From Selaginella moellendorffii (Eukaryota; Plantae; Lycopodiophyta), in contig NW_003314268.1 in NCBI RefSeq assembly GCF_000143415.4, positions 1,131,247 to 1,195,246 of the forward strand: 64,000 nt of DNA, given 5' to 3'. The first letter of the stretch is position 1. Each line of letters begins with the position of its first letter. The translations under genes were made by a program, and so were the position numbers. Positions 13,067-25,000 of the stretch are shown here, in pieces. The notes under the pieces were generated by a model, which saw nothing but the letters and a program-made list of their open reading frames with translations, had not been told where the DNA came from and did not search any database.

Positions 13067-15120
13067 ACTCCAAGCCTACAAGTAGATGAAACGTTATACT
13101 GACGACACTATTGTGGCATCGACTGCTATAATAGTTGCGTACGGGAGGTCTAACCTGGCCCACGAAGCTAAAGTTTTGTTTGCTTCCATGCCGCAGAAAG
13201 ATGTAATCTCATGGACTGCACTCCTCGCTGCAAATGCCAGAAGAAGGGACCTTGTGGAACTTGCAAGAATGATCTTCGCGGCCATGCTGCAGTGGAACTT
13301 GGTCTGCTGCACGACCATTATCCAGATGCTGGCTCAGGACCGAAGCTTGGATCAAGCACGCGATATCTTTGATCGATTGCCTGAAAAGAATAAGGCACCT
13401 AGACTGCACTGATCCAAGCCGCCAGTTCCACCAAGCGAACTATCAACTCCCGATTCCACGCTCTCCACCTTGCTGATCTCTTCCCTCCCGCGAGACGCTT
13501 CCATCGATGACGCCATCGCTATCTTCAACCGCAGCTCCCCGCGCAATGCAAGAACCTGGGAAGCGATTCTCTCGGCCTTTTCGCATCTTACTCTCGTCCA
13601 GGAAGCTGACAGCGTCTTCTGGATCATGCCACAGCACTCGACGATCAAGCCATATTGGTGTGGAGAACAAATGGTGCCTAGAGGAGGCGGCATGCTCTCA
13701 AGGAGTGCGCTTGGCGTTTTGGGTCGACTCCATGGCCCCCCGTAATGGTGCCGGCAAATGCAAGACGGGACTGTCCAATCACAACCAGCAACCGAAATAA
13801 ATGGTTGCTAGCAATGAATTTAGTTCTTCAGTACATACCGACACTATCAGTTTGCACAGGATCCCAGCAATGGAGTCACACATCTTGGCTTACGTGCTTT
13901 GTAATGAGCTAGTGAGTATGGCATTTGCAATGGTGGCTAAAGATAAACAGATCAACCGTGTCCTTGAAGAGCTTTTCTCTGAAGAGGTGAGTTTTCTTGA
14001 GTGTTGAAGAAGATCTCGGACCCGTATGATGACGAGCAAGATTTTGCGTTTCCAGACCTTCAAGCTGGAACAACGTGTACAGCCTGACTACTTCTTTGCT
14101 ACAGCCATTCTGAGACAGCGCTGCAATGGTGGCATTCCAGCACTTGGAGTCCCTCACTGGCACAACTCGATCGCTTCAGTCACCAGGCCGTGCTGAGCGC
14201 AAGCAGCGCTCATGGCGATCCAGGAAACACTGGTCGGCCTCGAGATGGTCTCAAACAGTTTCTTTGCTCGCTCCAACTCTCCGTTTTGCTGCAACCATGG
14301 CCGTGCAAGCCACGACGTCCTGCTCTCAGGTAGACTCGTGAAATATATACTCAGCTTCTTCCAGTTTACAGCCCCGGGAGCACACAGAGATCATCGTCGT
14401 GAGCGACACCTCACTCCTCTGGGGCCTCAGGACGAGCAGATAATTCTCGCAGCAGCCACCGAGAGCCGAGTCCCACGGCACAAGATCCCGCCGACGCATG
14501 CAGTAGAAAAGCTCCAGAGAATTTTTCAAGTCCGGCCCGAGAATTACACAGCCATCGTTTCGTTACACAACACGTTGTTGGCGGAGGCAACTTTCGCAAA
14601 GAACCGGCTTGCCTCAACGAGAAGATCATTCCGGGCATAGGCAAACACCATCGCGTTCCAACAGGCAGCGTCCCTCACCGGGAGAGTATCGAAGAGCGCT
14701 CGAGCTTGATCTAGAGTTCCTCGACTCCGACTATAGGCCGAGATCATCGTCGTGGAGCTCACAACGTCGAAGGTGTTCTCTCGAAGGTGTTCTTGGCGGG
14801 CTCGACACTGTCACTGGCAACGTATCCTTGCAGAAGCCCGTTGTAGGAGACGACGTTCCCCTTGGCCATGGCATCGAAGACACTGCGTGCTTCGGTGTTA
14901 TGCCTGGCTTGGGCATAGCACTGGAGGATGGTGGTTCAAGAACAGGCTTCCCAGGCGGGCATTGCGTGAAAGATCTCGCGAGCGGCCTCCGGATCGTGGT
15001 CCTGAGAGAAGCACTGGATCATCGTGTTGAAAGAGATGGCATCCCGGTGCTCCATTCGATCGAAGATGAGCTTGGAGCTCGCGGTATCGTTTAAGCGAGG
15101 AGAATGATCGTGCAAGCAGC
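13067..15120. pseudogene. Rearranged PPR pseudogene, copy B, containing an inverted CASTOR/POLLUX exon fragment
   Basis: 13086-13645 matches ~19910-20502; ~13890-13995 matches the reverse complement of ~22315-22415 (NELVSMAFAMVAKDKQINRVLEELFSEE); 14052-15120 is the reverse complement of ~20503-21616. Confidence 0.85.
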
Positions 15121-15527
15121 GATTCCACCATGCGCCCTTCGCTTGATTCCTCGTGCTCGCTGTAAACCTCCTATAAAGATATGCAGAGCTCAATGGAACT
15201 TTCACACATGACAACAAATACATTCGGCGGACTCGTCTCTCACAAAGTGGTCGCAGCAGTCCAGGTTCCCTCCCCACTGCGCTCCTCTCGGGCTTCCTCC
15301 TCATCGCCAGTGCCCACACAAAATCATGCAACTAGAAAGGAAATGTAGCAGGATGCAAAGGCATCGCCAATGGAAAATAAACATTTCAGCCGCGGGCACC
15401 TCCAAGATAATTAAAGGTCCACTCTTAAACACTGTTCACAACCAAGAAATCTTGATGTCTTTTTTATTTCAAACACTTTTTAACTGTATATTTCATTTAA
15501 TTAAGATTCTAATTTCCATATTAAATT

Positions 15528-16403
15528 TTAGATATGGCATAACATATGGTTATTTGTATCAGACGCCCATAATACGTTATTAGGAAACTTTGATTTATAA
15601 ATAACTAAATTACAATCATTTTGGACTACAAAATATGTTGGCATAAAACATTCAAGTTTAGGGCTGCAATATTTATTTGAAGACCACAATACTTCCTGAA
15701 TATGTTTAAATACAAGACTCCCATTATTTTGTAATATTAAATTACAACTAAACAAATTTTTAGAAGAATAGTTTTTTTCCCAAATTATTTTTTCCTTTGA
15801 ATATAAAGTAAGCACACAATCTACTTTTAAAAATAATATATTTTTACCATTAGGAGAAACTAAAAAGCTATCACTATAAAGAATTGTATTAGAGTATAAC
15901 ACACTAAATCTTAGTTGGCAATAAATAATATGATCGACTAAACTTTTTCTATTTAAATATGCAGTTATAGAAATAGAATCATCTGTTTTGAGATTATATT
16001 TTAATATATATTTATACCCTTCTTTCTCAAAAGAACCTGCACATTCTTTGTTTATAATATCTGTACTTAAAGCTAATAAACTTTGCAAACCATTCAATAT
16101 GTATAGACCTGAAATTGATGCATCTGTGTTTTCAACAGAACAATGATCTTTGCATTTAATAAATACTGAAACTATTCCTCTTGAAGTATTGACTTCAGCA
16201 TCATCACCATAAGTTGTTGGATAACTTTCATCATATTTAATTTTTTCTAATAATTGATAAAAAGCTGTAATAATTTTACCAATATCATAAGGATTTAAAT
16301 ATCCACTTCTTCCAATAATAGGTTTTTTAGCAATAGATTCATTAAAGTGTAAACTTAACATAGTAGATATAACTAAAATGTACTTTAATATAACTTTATC
16401 CAT
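15528..16403 (-). CDS. Secreted bulb-type lectin-domain protein, copy 2
   Basis: Intact 291-aa ORF from MDKV; about 15 aa differences from copy 1 by manual count; QNDCNLVIY retained. Confidence 0.8.
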   Translation of the reverse strand: MDKVILKYILVISTMLSLHFNESIAKKPIIGRSGYLNPYDIGKIITAFYQLLEKIKYDESYPTTYGDDAEVNTSRGIVSVFIKCKDHCSVENTDASISGLYILNGLQSLLALSTDIINKECAGSFEKEGYKYILKYNLKTDDSISITAYLNRKSLVDHIIYCQLRFSVLYSNTILYSDSFLVSPNGKNILFLKVDCVLTLYSKEKIIWEKNYSSKNLFSCNLILQNNGSLVFKHIQEVLWSSNKYCSPKLECFMPTYFVVQNDCNLVIYKSKFPNNVLWASDTNNHMLCHI

Positions 16404-16431
16404 TTTAAAAAACACTCATGTTTTAATGTGT

Positions 16432-16469
<38 letters not shown>

Positions 16470-18042
16470 GGTGGGACACATGAATTTCTCTCTATAAAGC
16501 TATACCAAACGTGCTTCAATAAATATTCGGATAAAGAAAAGGATGATATGCCAATTGTGTCTATCTTATTAGAAATGATTTTATACTTAAATAAATATTA
16601 TTCTATTAAAAAAAAATTTGATATATATTATGTTTTCCCTAGTGTATTTGATCTTTCAATAACAAATTAAGAACTTAGCTTAACCAATAATTAGTAACTA
16701 AATACCTAATAATATTTTATATTGTTTTTTATTAATTTTAGTTAATATATTTTTAATTTTAAATATTAAAATCCACTAATTTTAATTAATAATAGATATT
16801 TATATAATTATTTTTTAATAAAAATGATATTTTAATTATATAGCTTCTATTTTAAAAAATTAATAAAGAAAAATTATATTTAAAAAAAATATATTAAAAT
16901 GTTTGCCTTTATGTTGCAGTCATATGTGCCACCAGACATAACATTTTTTTGTTTCCTATAAGTAAATCTGTTATAGGTGGGATATTTGAGAATACTCTTA
17001 GTATATTCATTTGACGATTTGGATTAAATGTATTAATAGAATCAGTTGATTTGAAAGTGTTTAAGAAATTTAAATTTTTATAATTATAACTGTAATCTTT
17101 TTTATTAATAACATTAAATATAAAGACTTTTGGATATTCTTAAACATCTTGTGTCAAACCAAAAAAATATTTTTGCCATCTTACCCAAGAGAGTGTGTAT
17201 CTTGTTTCCCAATCTTTTCTAATTAAAAATTCAAATTACAACTGAAAAATTAACACAATTTGGGTGCTTTAGAGGTGGCTAATGTGCCTCTATCAGTGCT
17301 ACAAGTGCATTTAGTGTACCTAAAATATATTTGGATATTTTGGGATATTTTATTATTTAACAGTTTTTATTAATTTAGATTAATGTTATGTTTAAATGTT
17401 ATAACAAAATATTTATAAATTATAAATTTTTTCAAGCTCCTCCATGCTCAACAAAAAGAAATCTATAAACACAAAAGTAAAAAGAGAAGCACTAAAATAA
17501 ATTAAATGAGGTCCAGATGAAATAAATTCTCAATAATATAAGATCAAACAAAGGAACGTCCATTTAAAATTTACAAAATTATAAGAATTAAAAGAACAAT
17601 TATAATTAAAATTCATAGAACAAACCAGTGTTGGCATACTAGATTTAAGTTGCTAATGTGTAGAAATCAGTCAATTTGTATCCTTTGGTTCACAAGATCT
17701 AGAGGTGTCGTGCAAGAATTGCTAACGAGTAAATCTAGAGCTGTTGCTTTTAAATCAGCAGTGACACAAAGAGAGATTAGCAGAAGATCTGAAGCAATAG
17801 GAGAAGATCTAACCACTAGAATCTTGACAAGCTCCTCCACAGCACCAACAACACCTTAGATTTCCTTCTTGGCAGTCGGCAGCTAGGTCTTTGGTGAATT
17901 GACTATGGCAATAGCCTCCATACTCCTAACCAAGCCATTGTGTGGCTGCCATGCCAAATCAAAGGTGATGTGAGGAAATATGAGTAAGAAAACTACTGTG
18001 CTAAACAAGAGAAAGAGACCACAAAGCACATTTTTAAGAGTG

Positions 18043-18175
18043 ATGGCAACTGATTGAGCTTGGTCTCATGTTGTGAACCTTTTAACTTATTCTTCTGGCA
18101 AAGGAGTTAGGCATTGGAAATATAACTATTGTGAGAAAACATATGGCAATCCACCAAAAAGAATGAAAGGTAATG
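18043..18175 (+). mobile_element. Possible degenerate BED zinc-finger remnant of a hAT-type DNA transposon
   Basis: MATD*AWSHVVNL...GKGVRHWKYNYCEKTYG resembles the BED consensus W.H...W.C.YC.K.Y. Confidence 0.35.
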
Positions 18176-19437
18176 ATATTGAAACATGACTACCACTAAG
18201 AGCCACATGCTTCTCCAAGCACTCCATCATGCTTGCCATACTAGCATGCTTTTGATTCAGAGCACTATCAGCCTATCTGACCAAACTCTAAACAATTGTA
18301 TTACATTTGCAAACACTCATTTGTTCTTTTTGTAGGAAGAACAAAGCTGAAATTAGTTGTTTGGTCTTTCTCACATTTAGTTCCCACCACCATTAGCACC
18401 ACTATAAACACCATTTCCACCTGGGCTTAACTTTGGGCAACAAACATTATCAATCTAATTAATCAACTAAGATTCTCGTTTTAAATATCAGTCTTACTCG
18501 TACAGATTAAAGGCTTCTCCCTTCTTTACATAATCCACGAAAACAAAAGAGGGGATATTATCTAATCAATCCAACCAATTTTCTAGTTTTGGCTGAGAGA
18601 TTTATATTGAATATTTTCATTATAAATTTTTTGTGAAATGAGGATATTCTAAGGATATACTTTACTGCAAAATTGGAGCTCAAACACTTTTAGGGCTCAC
18701 TTTTGACCAGTCAAATAAATAAGGGCAAAAGTATAGGTTTAACTAAAATATGCATATTCTAAAAATATACTTTCAAGTCTGACAGGTCTCCAGTGAGCAT
18801 TTCGATGCTTGGCGATGTCAACTACTTGGAGCAGCTGGGATGCCTTTCTCGCATTGCTGTGAGGATTTCTGCGAGTGGGTGTTTGAGAGGTTGGAGAGAA
18901 TGTTCCCTCTCCTAATCTCATACACTCGTGCGAACCAGCAGGCTCGTTATGCTGCTGGCACGGTATAAAGCTCTCAGAGTTTTCTTTTCTCCGCTGATCA
19001 TACTGGGTGTTTGATCAGGTGTTCGTGACGGGCAACCGTAAGTTCGTTTGCTGAACGAAAATCACATGGAGCTCCTGGTGGAGACGTTTATGGAGCAGCA
19101 CAGGATCGGGTGTGGTTCGTGAGCAAGGATCAGAAGGTGATCAGGGACGAGGTTTACATCTGTCTGCCCTGCTTCCCCGAGATCAGCCAGCTCCCCGAGC
19201 TATGGAGGCAGCCAAATAGGTGATCTCATTGTCTCTTTATCACTCTTCCAGCTCTCAAATTCTCTCATTTCTTTTGCAGCTCGCGATCGTCTTGCCTCTG
19301 TGATGGCTCTCAAGCTCGCTCCAATTCATCAAGAACTTCAAAACGTCAATGAAATCAACAAAAGACAACAAAGTCAATAAACCTCAAAGACTATTGACTT
19401 TCTTTGCATCCTAAACAATGTTTATAGTTCACATCGT

Positions 19438-21999
19438 ATGAGACAGCCGCACGATTTGGTGGCGCTCTTGCGATCGTGCGGCTTCCATCGCGACCTGGCG
19501 CGCGGGAGGCGAATTCACGCACAGATCCTGTCGTGCGAGCACTGGCCCTCGAATTTCCTTGCGAATCACCTCGTCCTCATGTATGGCAGATGCAAGAGCG
19601 TCGAGGAGGCGTGCGAGGTCTTCAATGGCATCACCCAGCCGGATCTCTTCTCGTGTAACATCATGCTCGACACATTTGCCAAGAACGGGCAATTGTGTCA
19701 GGCAAAACACTTCTTTGATTTCATGCCCGCTCGAGATGCCATTTCGTGGAATGTGATAATCAAAATTTTTGCCTTAAGCGAGAATTTGCAATGCCTAGAC
19801 ACTGTGTGCGATCGGCTGCCTGCTTACGGCATAAACTCCTGGAACTCTATCATTGCAGCGTTTGCCCAGTTTGGAGAAATACTCCAGGCTAAGCTTTTCT
19901 ACGAGAAGATGAAACGTTGTACTGACGACACTATTGTGGCATCGACTGCTATAATAGTTGCGTACGGGAGGTCTAACCTGGCCCAAGAAGCTAAAGTTTT
20001 GTTTGATTCAATGCCGCAGAAAGATGTAATCTCATGGACTGCGCTCCTCGCTGCAAATGCCGGAAGAAGGGACCTTGTGGAACTTGCAAGAATGATCTTC
20101 GCGGCCATGCCGCAGTGGAACTTGGTCTGCTGCACGACTATGATCCAGATGCTGGCTCAGGACCGAAGCTTGGATCAAGCACGCGATATCTTTGATCGAT
20201 TGCCTGAAAGGAACATCGTCGCCTGGACTGCAATGATCCAAGCCTACCTTCAAAGCTGCCAGTTCCACCAAGCGAAGCTTCTCTTCGATCAAATCCCATT
20301 CCCTCCCGATTCCACGCTCTCCACCTTGCTGATCTCTTCCCTCCCGCGAGACGCTTCCATCGACGACACCATCGCTATCTTCAACCGCAGCTCCCCGCGC
20401 GATCCAAGAACCTGGGAGGCGATTCTCTCAGCCTTCTTGCAACTTAGTCTCGTCCAGGAAGCTAACAGCGTCTTCTGGATCATGCCACAGCACTCGACGA
20501 TCGCTTGCACGATCATTCTCCGAGCTCAAACCGATACCGCGAGCTCCAAGCTCATCTTCGATCAAATGGAGCACCGGGATGCCATCTCTTTCAACGCGAT
20601 GGTCCATTCCTTCTCTCAGCACCACGATCTGGAGGCCGCTTGCAAGATCTTTCATGCAATGCCCGCCTGGGAAGCCTGTTCTTGGACCACCATCCTCCAG
20701 TGCTATGCCCAGGCTGGGAATATCACCCAAGCACGCAGTGTTTTCGATGCCATGGCCGAGAGGAACGTTGTCTCCTACAACGGACTTCTCCAAGGATACG
20801 TTTCCAGTGACAATTTTGAGCTCGCCAAGAACACCTTCGAGAAAATGCCCGAGCACGACGTTGTGAGCTCCACGACGATGATCTCGGCGTATAGTCGGAG
20901 TCGAGGAACTCTCGATCAAGCTCGAGCTCTCTTCGATACTCTCCCGGCGAGGGACGCTGCCTGTTGGAACGCGATGGTGTTTGCCTATGCCCGAAATGGT
21001 TTTCTCGCCGAGGCAAGCCGGCTCTTCGCGAAAGTTGGCTCCGCCAACACCGTGCTGTGTAACGAGATGATGGCTGCGTATTCTCGGGCCGGGCTCGTCG
21101 AGAAATCTCTAGAGCTTTTCCACTGCATGCCTCGACGAGATCTTGTGTCGTGGAACTCGGCTCTCGGTGGCTGCTGCGAGAATGATCTGTTCGTCCAGGC
21201 GAGAAAAGTGTTTGACTTGATGCCTCAGAGAAGCGATGTGTCGCTCACGACGATGATTTCTGTGTGCTCCCGGGGCGGTAAACTGGAAGAAGCTGAGTAT
21301 ATATTCACGAGCATACCTACGAACCAGGAGAACGGCGTGGCCTCCACGGCCATGGTTGCAGCGTATGCTCAAAACGGAGAGTTGGAGCGAGCTAAGAAGC
21401 TATTTGAGACCATCTCGAGGCCGACCAGTGTTTCTTGGATCGTCATGATCGCTGCTTGCGCTCAGCACGGCCTGGTGACTGAAGTGATCGAGTTGTTCCA
21501 CAGTATGCCGGTGAGGGACTTCAAGTGTTGGAATGCCACCATTGCAGCGCTGTCTCAGAACGGCTGTAGCAAAAAAGCAGTCGAGTTGTATAAGTTGTTC
21601 CAGCTTGAAGGTCTGGAGCCGAGCGAGATCACTGTGCTGAGCGTGTTATCTGCCTGCAGCCGTGCTGGATTGCTGGCCGAAGGTCACGAGTGTTTCAAGT
21701 CAATACAAGCGGACGACCGGCTGAAAAAACTGATGTCACCGGAACATTACGCTTGCATGGTTGATCTTCTCTCTCGAACTGGAAACTTGTCCGAGGCCCG
21801 GGCTTTCATAGAAAGCATGCCTCTCGCTGCAAGTAGTTCTGTTTGGAATTCACTGCTGGGTGCTTGTGGAACTCAGAGTGAAAAGCTCCTGGGTATAACA
21901 GCTGCGCAACAAGCCATGGAACATCCGAACGCAAGATCCTGCTCGTCACCATACGCGGCACTCGCAAACGTCCACTGCATGGAACTAGATTTTTTATGA
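19438..21999 (+). CDS. PLS-class PPR protein with E domain, no DYW (organellar RNA editing factor type)
   Basis: Intronless 853 aa; many short S/SS-type repeats (DVISWTALL, NVVSYNGLL); L2/S2/E motifs VLSACSRAGL, HYACMVDLLSRTG, WNSLLGAC, SPYAALANV. Confidence 0.92.
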   Translation: MRQPHDLVALLRSCGFHRDLARGRRIHAQILSCEHWPSNFLANHLVLMYGRCKSVEEACEVFNGITQPDLFSCNIMLDTFAKNGQLCQAKHFFDFMPARDAISWNVIIKIFALSENLQCLDTVCDRLPAYGINSWNSIIAAFAQFGEILQAKLFYEKMKRCTDDTIVASTAIIVAYGRSNLAQEAKVLFDSMPQKDVISWTALLAANAGRRDLVELARMIFAAMPQWNLVCCTTMIQMLAQDRSLDQARDIFDRLPERNIVAWTAMIQAYLQSCQFHQAKLLFDQIPFPPDSTLSTLLISSLPRDASIDDTIAIFNRSSPRDPRTWEAILSAFLQLSLVQEANSVFWIMPQHSTIACTIILRAQTDTASSKLIFDQMEHRDAISFNAMVHSFSQHHDLEAACKIFHAMPAWEACSWTTILQCYAQAGNITQARSVFDAMAERNVVSYNGLLQGYVSSDNFELAKNTFEKMPEHDVVSSTTMISAYSRSRGTLDQARALFDTLPARDAACWNAMVFAYARNGFLAEASRLFAKVGSANTVLCNEMMAAYSRAGLVEKSLELFHCMPRRDLVSWNSALGGCCENDLFVQARKVFDLMPQRSDVSLTTMISVCSRGGKLEEAEYIFTSIPTNQENGVASTAMVAAYAQNGELERAKKLFETISRPTSVSWIVMIAACAQHGLVTEVIELFHSMPVRDFKCWNATIAALSQNGCSKKAVELYKLFQLEGLEPSEITVLSVLSACSRAGLLAEGHECFKSIQADDRLKKLMSPEHYACMVDLLSRTGNLSEARAFIESMPLAASSSVWNSLLGACGTQSEKLLGITAAQQAMEHPNARSCSSPYAALANVHCMELDFL

Positions 22000-22045
22000 G
22001 CCGAGCAAGAGAGTAAAAGTGACAAGGGATCACCTTATGGTTTCG

Positions 22046-25000
22046 TTATTCCTCCTCTGCGACCGCCACCATAACATCTTCTATCGACCACGTTCGACGC
22101 TCAGCTTTGTTTGGTGGATTTATGATGGCACGCTCAGCTGCAGCAGGCCGGTAACCGATGATAATCTCGTGTCTTTGCCTTGCACGGATCATCACCTCGT
22201 AAAAATTCAGCTCCTCTTGGTCATACAAGTAGAGTGCTGCAGTTCGTATGTATAATTCATTGCCCTGTAAAAACAAAACAAAGATTCAGAAAGGAAAACA
22301 AAAAACGAAAAAGAACTCACCTCTTCAGAGAAAAGCTCTTCGAGGACACGGTTGATTTGTTTATCTTCAGCCACCATTGCTAATGCCATACTCACTAGCT
22401 CATTAGAAAGCACGTAATCGCCTATCTTAGAGACTGAGACCAGATGCCTTGTTCTAGAGTCAAGGATCTCGCTAATAATGATTGACTTGTTAGAAGCTTG
22501 CTCCATTTCTCGTATCCAAGACGTGTGACTCGAGCCTGCTTGCCGAATTTGTACAGTTTTTGTTTCTTTGTAAGGCAGCCGTTTGGACTGAAAAACAAAG
22601 TTAAGGAATTTTGTATCGCAAAGTAGGATCTGAACGTACCTGAATATCTCGAATCAATAGCAGCGTAGCTAAGGAGCGCGAATCTGCTTTGACAACGGAC
22701 TCTTCCAGAGCCTCGTCTGCCAGGATCAAAATCTATCCGTACAATAGACAGTGAAAACTTTTTTAAAAAATTATCTAGCAATCTGTCCATACCGAATCAA
22801 ACGTTTCCAAAGGAAGACTTTCAAGGTGACGACGAATGACCGCATTTCCCTCACGGTGTACGAGCTTGATATTAAACAAGGACTGCGGATCAAGTCCACC
22901 ATCCAACAGTTTCGTCTCCCTCTCATGCTCGGGGACTTCGCTAAACATCCATAACTCGGAACCTTGGGCAAGGAAAGCTTCCAGTACCTGCAAAAAGAAA
23001 CAAACAAACTTGGTAAGACACTCATCTTTAAAGCACTAGAAAGCATTCAGAGAGAAAAGTAGTGGGAAGTGGGAGGAATATCGGTGTCTGCTTCAGCTGC
23101 GCTCATGGGACCTCCACGAGTAACCTTACCATTATCATGTCATCCATGTCTCGTCTCCAACCACAAAACAAAACCTTCTCAGGATACTTTCGGTGTGACA
23201 TGACTTTCGGCAGAGGTCCCGCTCGCACCTGCAGCCGGGGGAGGGGAAAGGGTGAGCACAGCAGAGATCTTGCCATCTTACCATAATCATATCCTCAACA
23301 TCACGGCGCCAACCACAGAGAAGTATCTTCTTTGGGACCTTTGGCTTTCGACAAACGTCTAGTTCAGGTGAAACATTTTCAACCTGGTCACATGAGACGT
23401 TCTATTTTCAGTCCGCTGCTATGCTTTCTCTCCCCCCAAACTTACCTTTTTTTCTTCCTAGACTATAAGCTTCCTATGACTACTTTGCTAGTAAACTTGA
23501 AAAGCAAAAGATACAGTTCGTACCTTTGGCACAGGAGCTGGTGCGTAAGTGTCGTCGTCTTCTGCAATTACCAGAAGCTCGTCCCCTTCAAGTAGTATGT
23601 AATCGTCTTCCGGGTTGAGAAGAATGCGGCCATTGGAGGCTGCTTTCACTCCACAAGGTACAGCATCCGGGAAGCTGATCAAAACGTCTTTGAAGTTCAG
23701 GCCATCCAGCTGAGGCCACCTTTTGATGTAGAACTCGGCGTTGTCAAACCCGAGTATGTCCTCCCAGATCTGCGAAAGCAAGAAGACTTTTAAGACAAAG
23801 GATGGTTCATGTCGAACCTGAGCAAGTCCCGGTTGTCTTGCACATTGGATCATAAGGCGGCCAATCACGTCATGTGCTACTACTGTCTCTACCATTTCTC
23901 CACCGACGAGCTTCACCAGTGGTTCGTTGTCAATGTCGCTTAGCTCTACTACAACATGTCCCTTGAGCCCTTCCTTGACTCCGGCAAGGCTTAGCACCAC
24001 ACGTAATGCTCGCGCGTCACTCTACAACATTAAAACCATTAGGACGAGGACAGTTGTTTGCAAGGTTTTACCTGATCCGCATTCTCGACTTCTGCAAGAA
24101 CTATAATTGAACGCGCTTTAGAAACTGAAACCTGGTTTCACAAGTTAAGGTGTCATGTAAGAAATAAGTCTCTGGTACCTTCTTGAGGTCGGCCATAATG
24201 AGAGGACTACCACTTCTGCATATTACTGAAGTTCCCATGAAATCAAACTCCAACTTTGCTATGTCAATCTCCATTTGCTCCTTATCTCGCTCTGCCAGTA
24301 CAACGACAATGCTGCCACCTAAACTCTGATTTGCAATTGCTAATTGTTTCAAGAGCGATCCCTGAAAGCATGTATTAGTCTGGAGCCGAAAACTAGAGAA
24401 GCAAGATCCATGCTCACCAATTTATCACTCCATCCAAGAACCAGTGTATGGTTACTCTCTATAACTTCGCTTTTGCCTTTCTTGAGCGAGTCCACCTTCT
24501 CTGAAATGGCGTCCGAAACGAGTCCCAACATGAGAGCAAAAATAAGAAGTCCTCCCAAGCTGATGCAGACCGAAACAAATCTCGGACCAAAACCGATGTT
24601 GTCTGCGTGATTTCCAGAGTCTGCAACATAAGTCCACGCCCTCCAAAAGGCATCCCAAATGCTATCCTGGCTAACAGCATACAGTGCTAATCCCCCTACG
24701 ACTATAAGCACTAGAGTTGCCAGCAACAGTGCTAGCGGCTTCACGTAAGAAAAAGAAGAAAAAACGACGTCTACCCTGTAAGCTAACCTCGTACTCCATG
24801 GGACCTCTTCTTCGTTGCTTCTGTCACTCAACCCAAGCTTAGGAATCTGATCGAGGAACTTATGCAGGAGAAACGGCATGACCAGGAAAAAACTGGAAAG
24901 GAGCAAGGCATAGTTTCTAATTCCTCTCGTACGCAACACTTCTACCTCAGTTTCTACTTCCCGGATAATCTGCGGATCGATTGTTTCAACCTCTCTGCAA

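Noticed and set aside
13726-13738. 13-nt identity (gactccatggccc) to the 5' end of the tRNA-Arg
   Set aside because: No cloverleaf or B box follows; could be chance
17620-17645. Helitron-like 3' end (ccagtgttgg...CTAG) bounding the lectin block
   Set aside because: Hairpin too weak, not followed by T, and no 5' TC end identified
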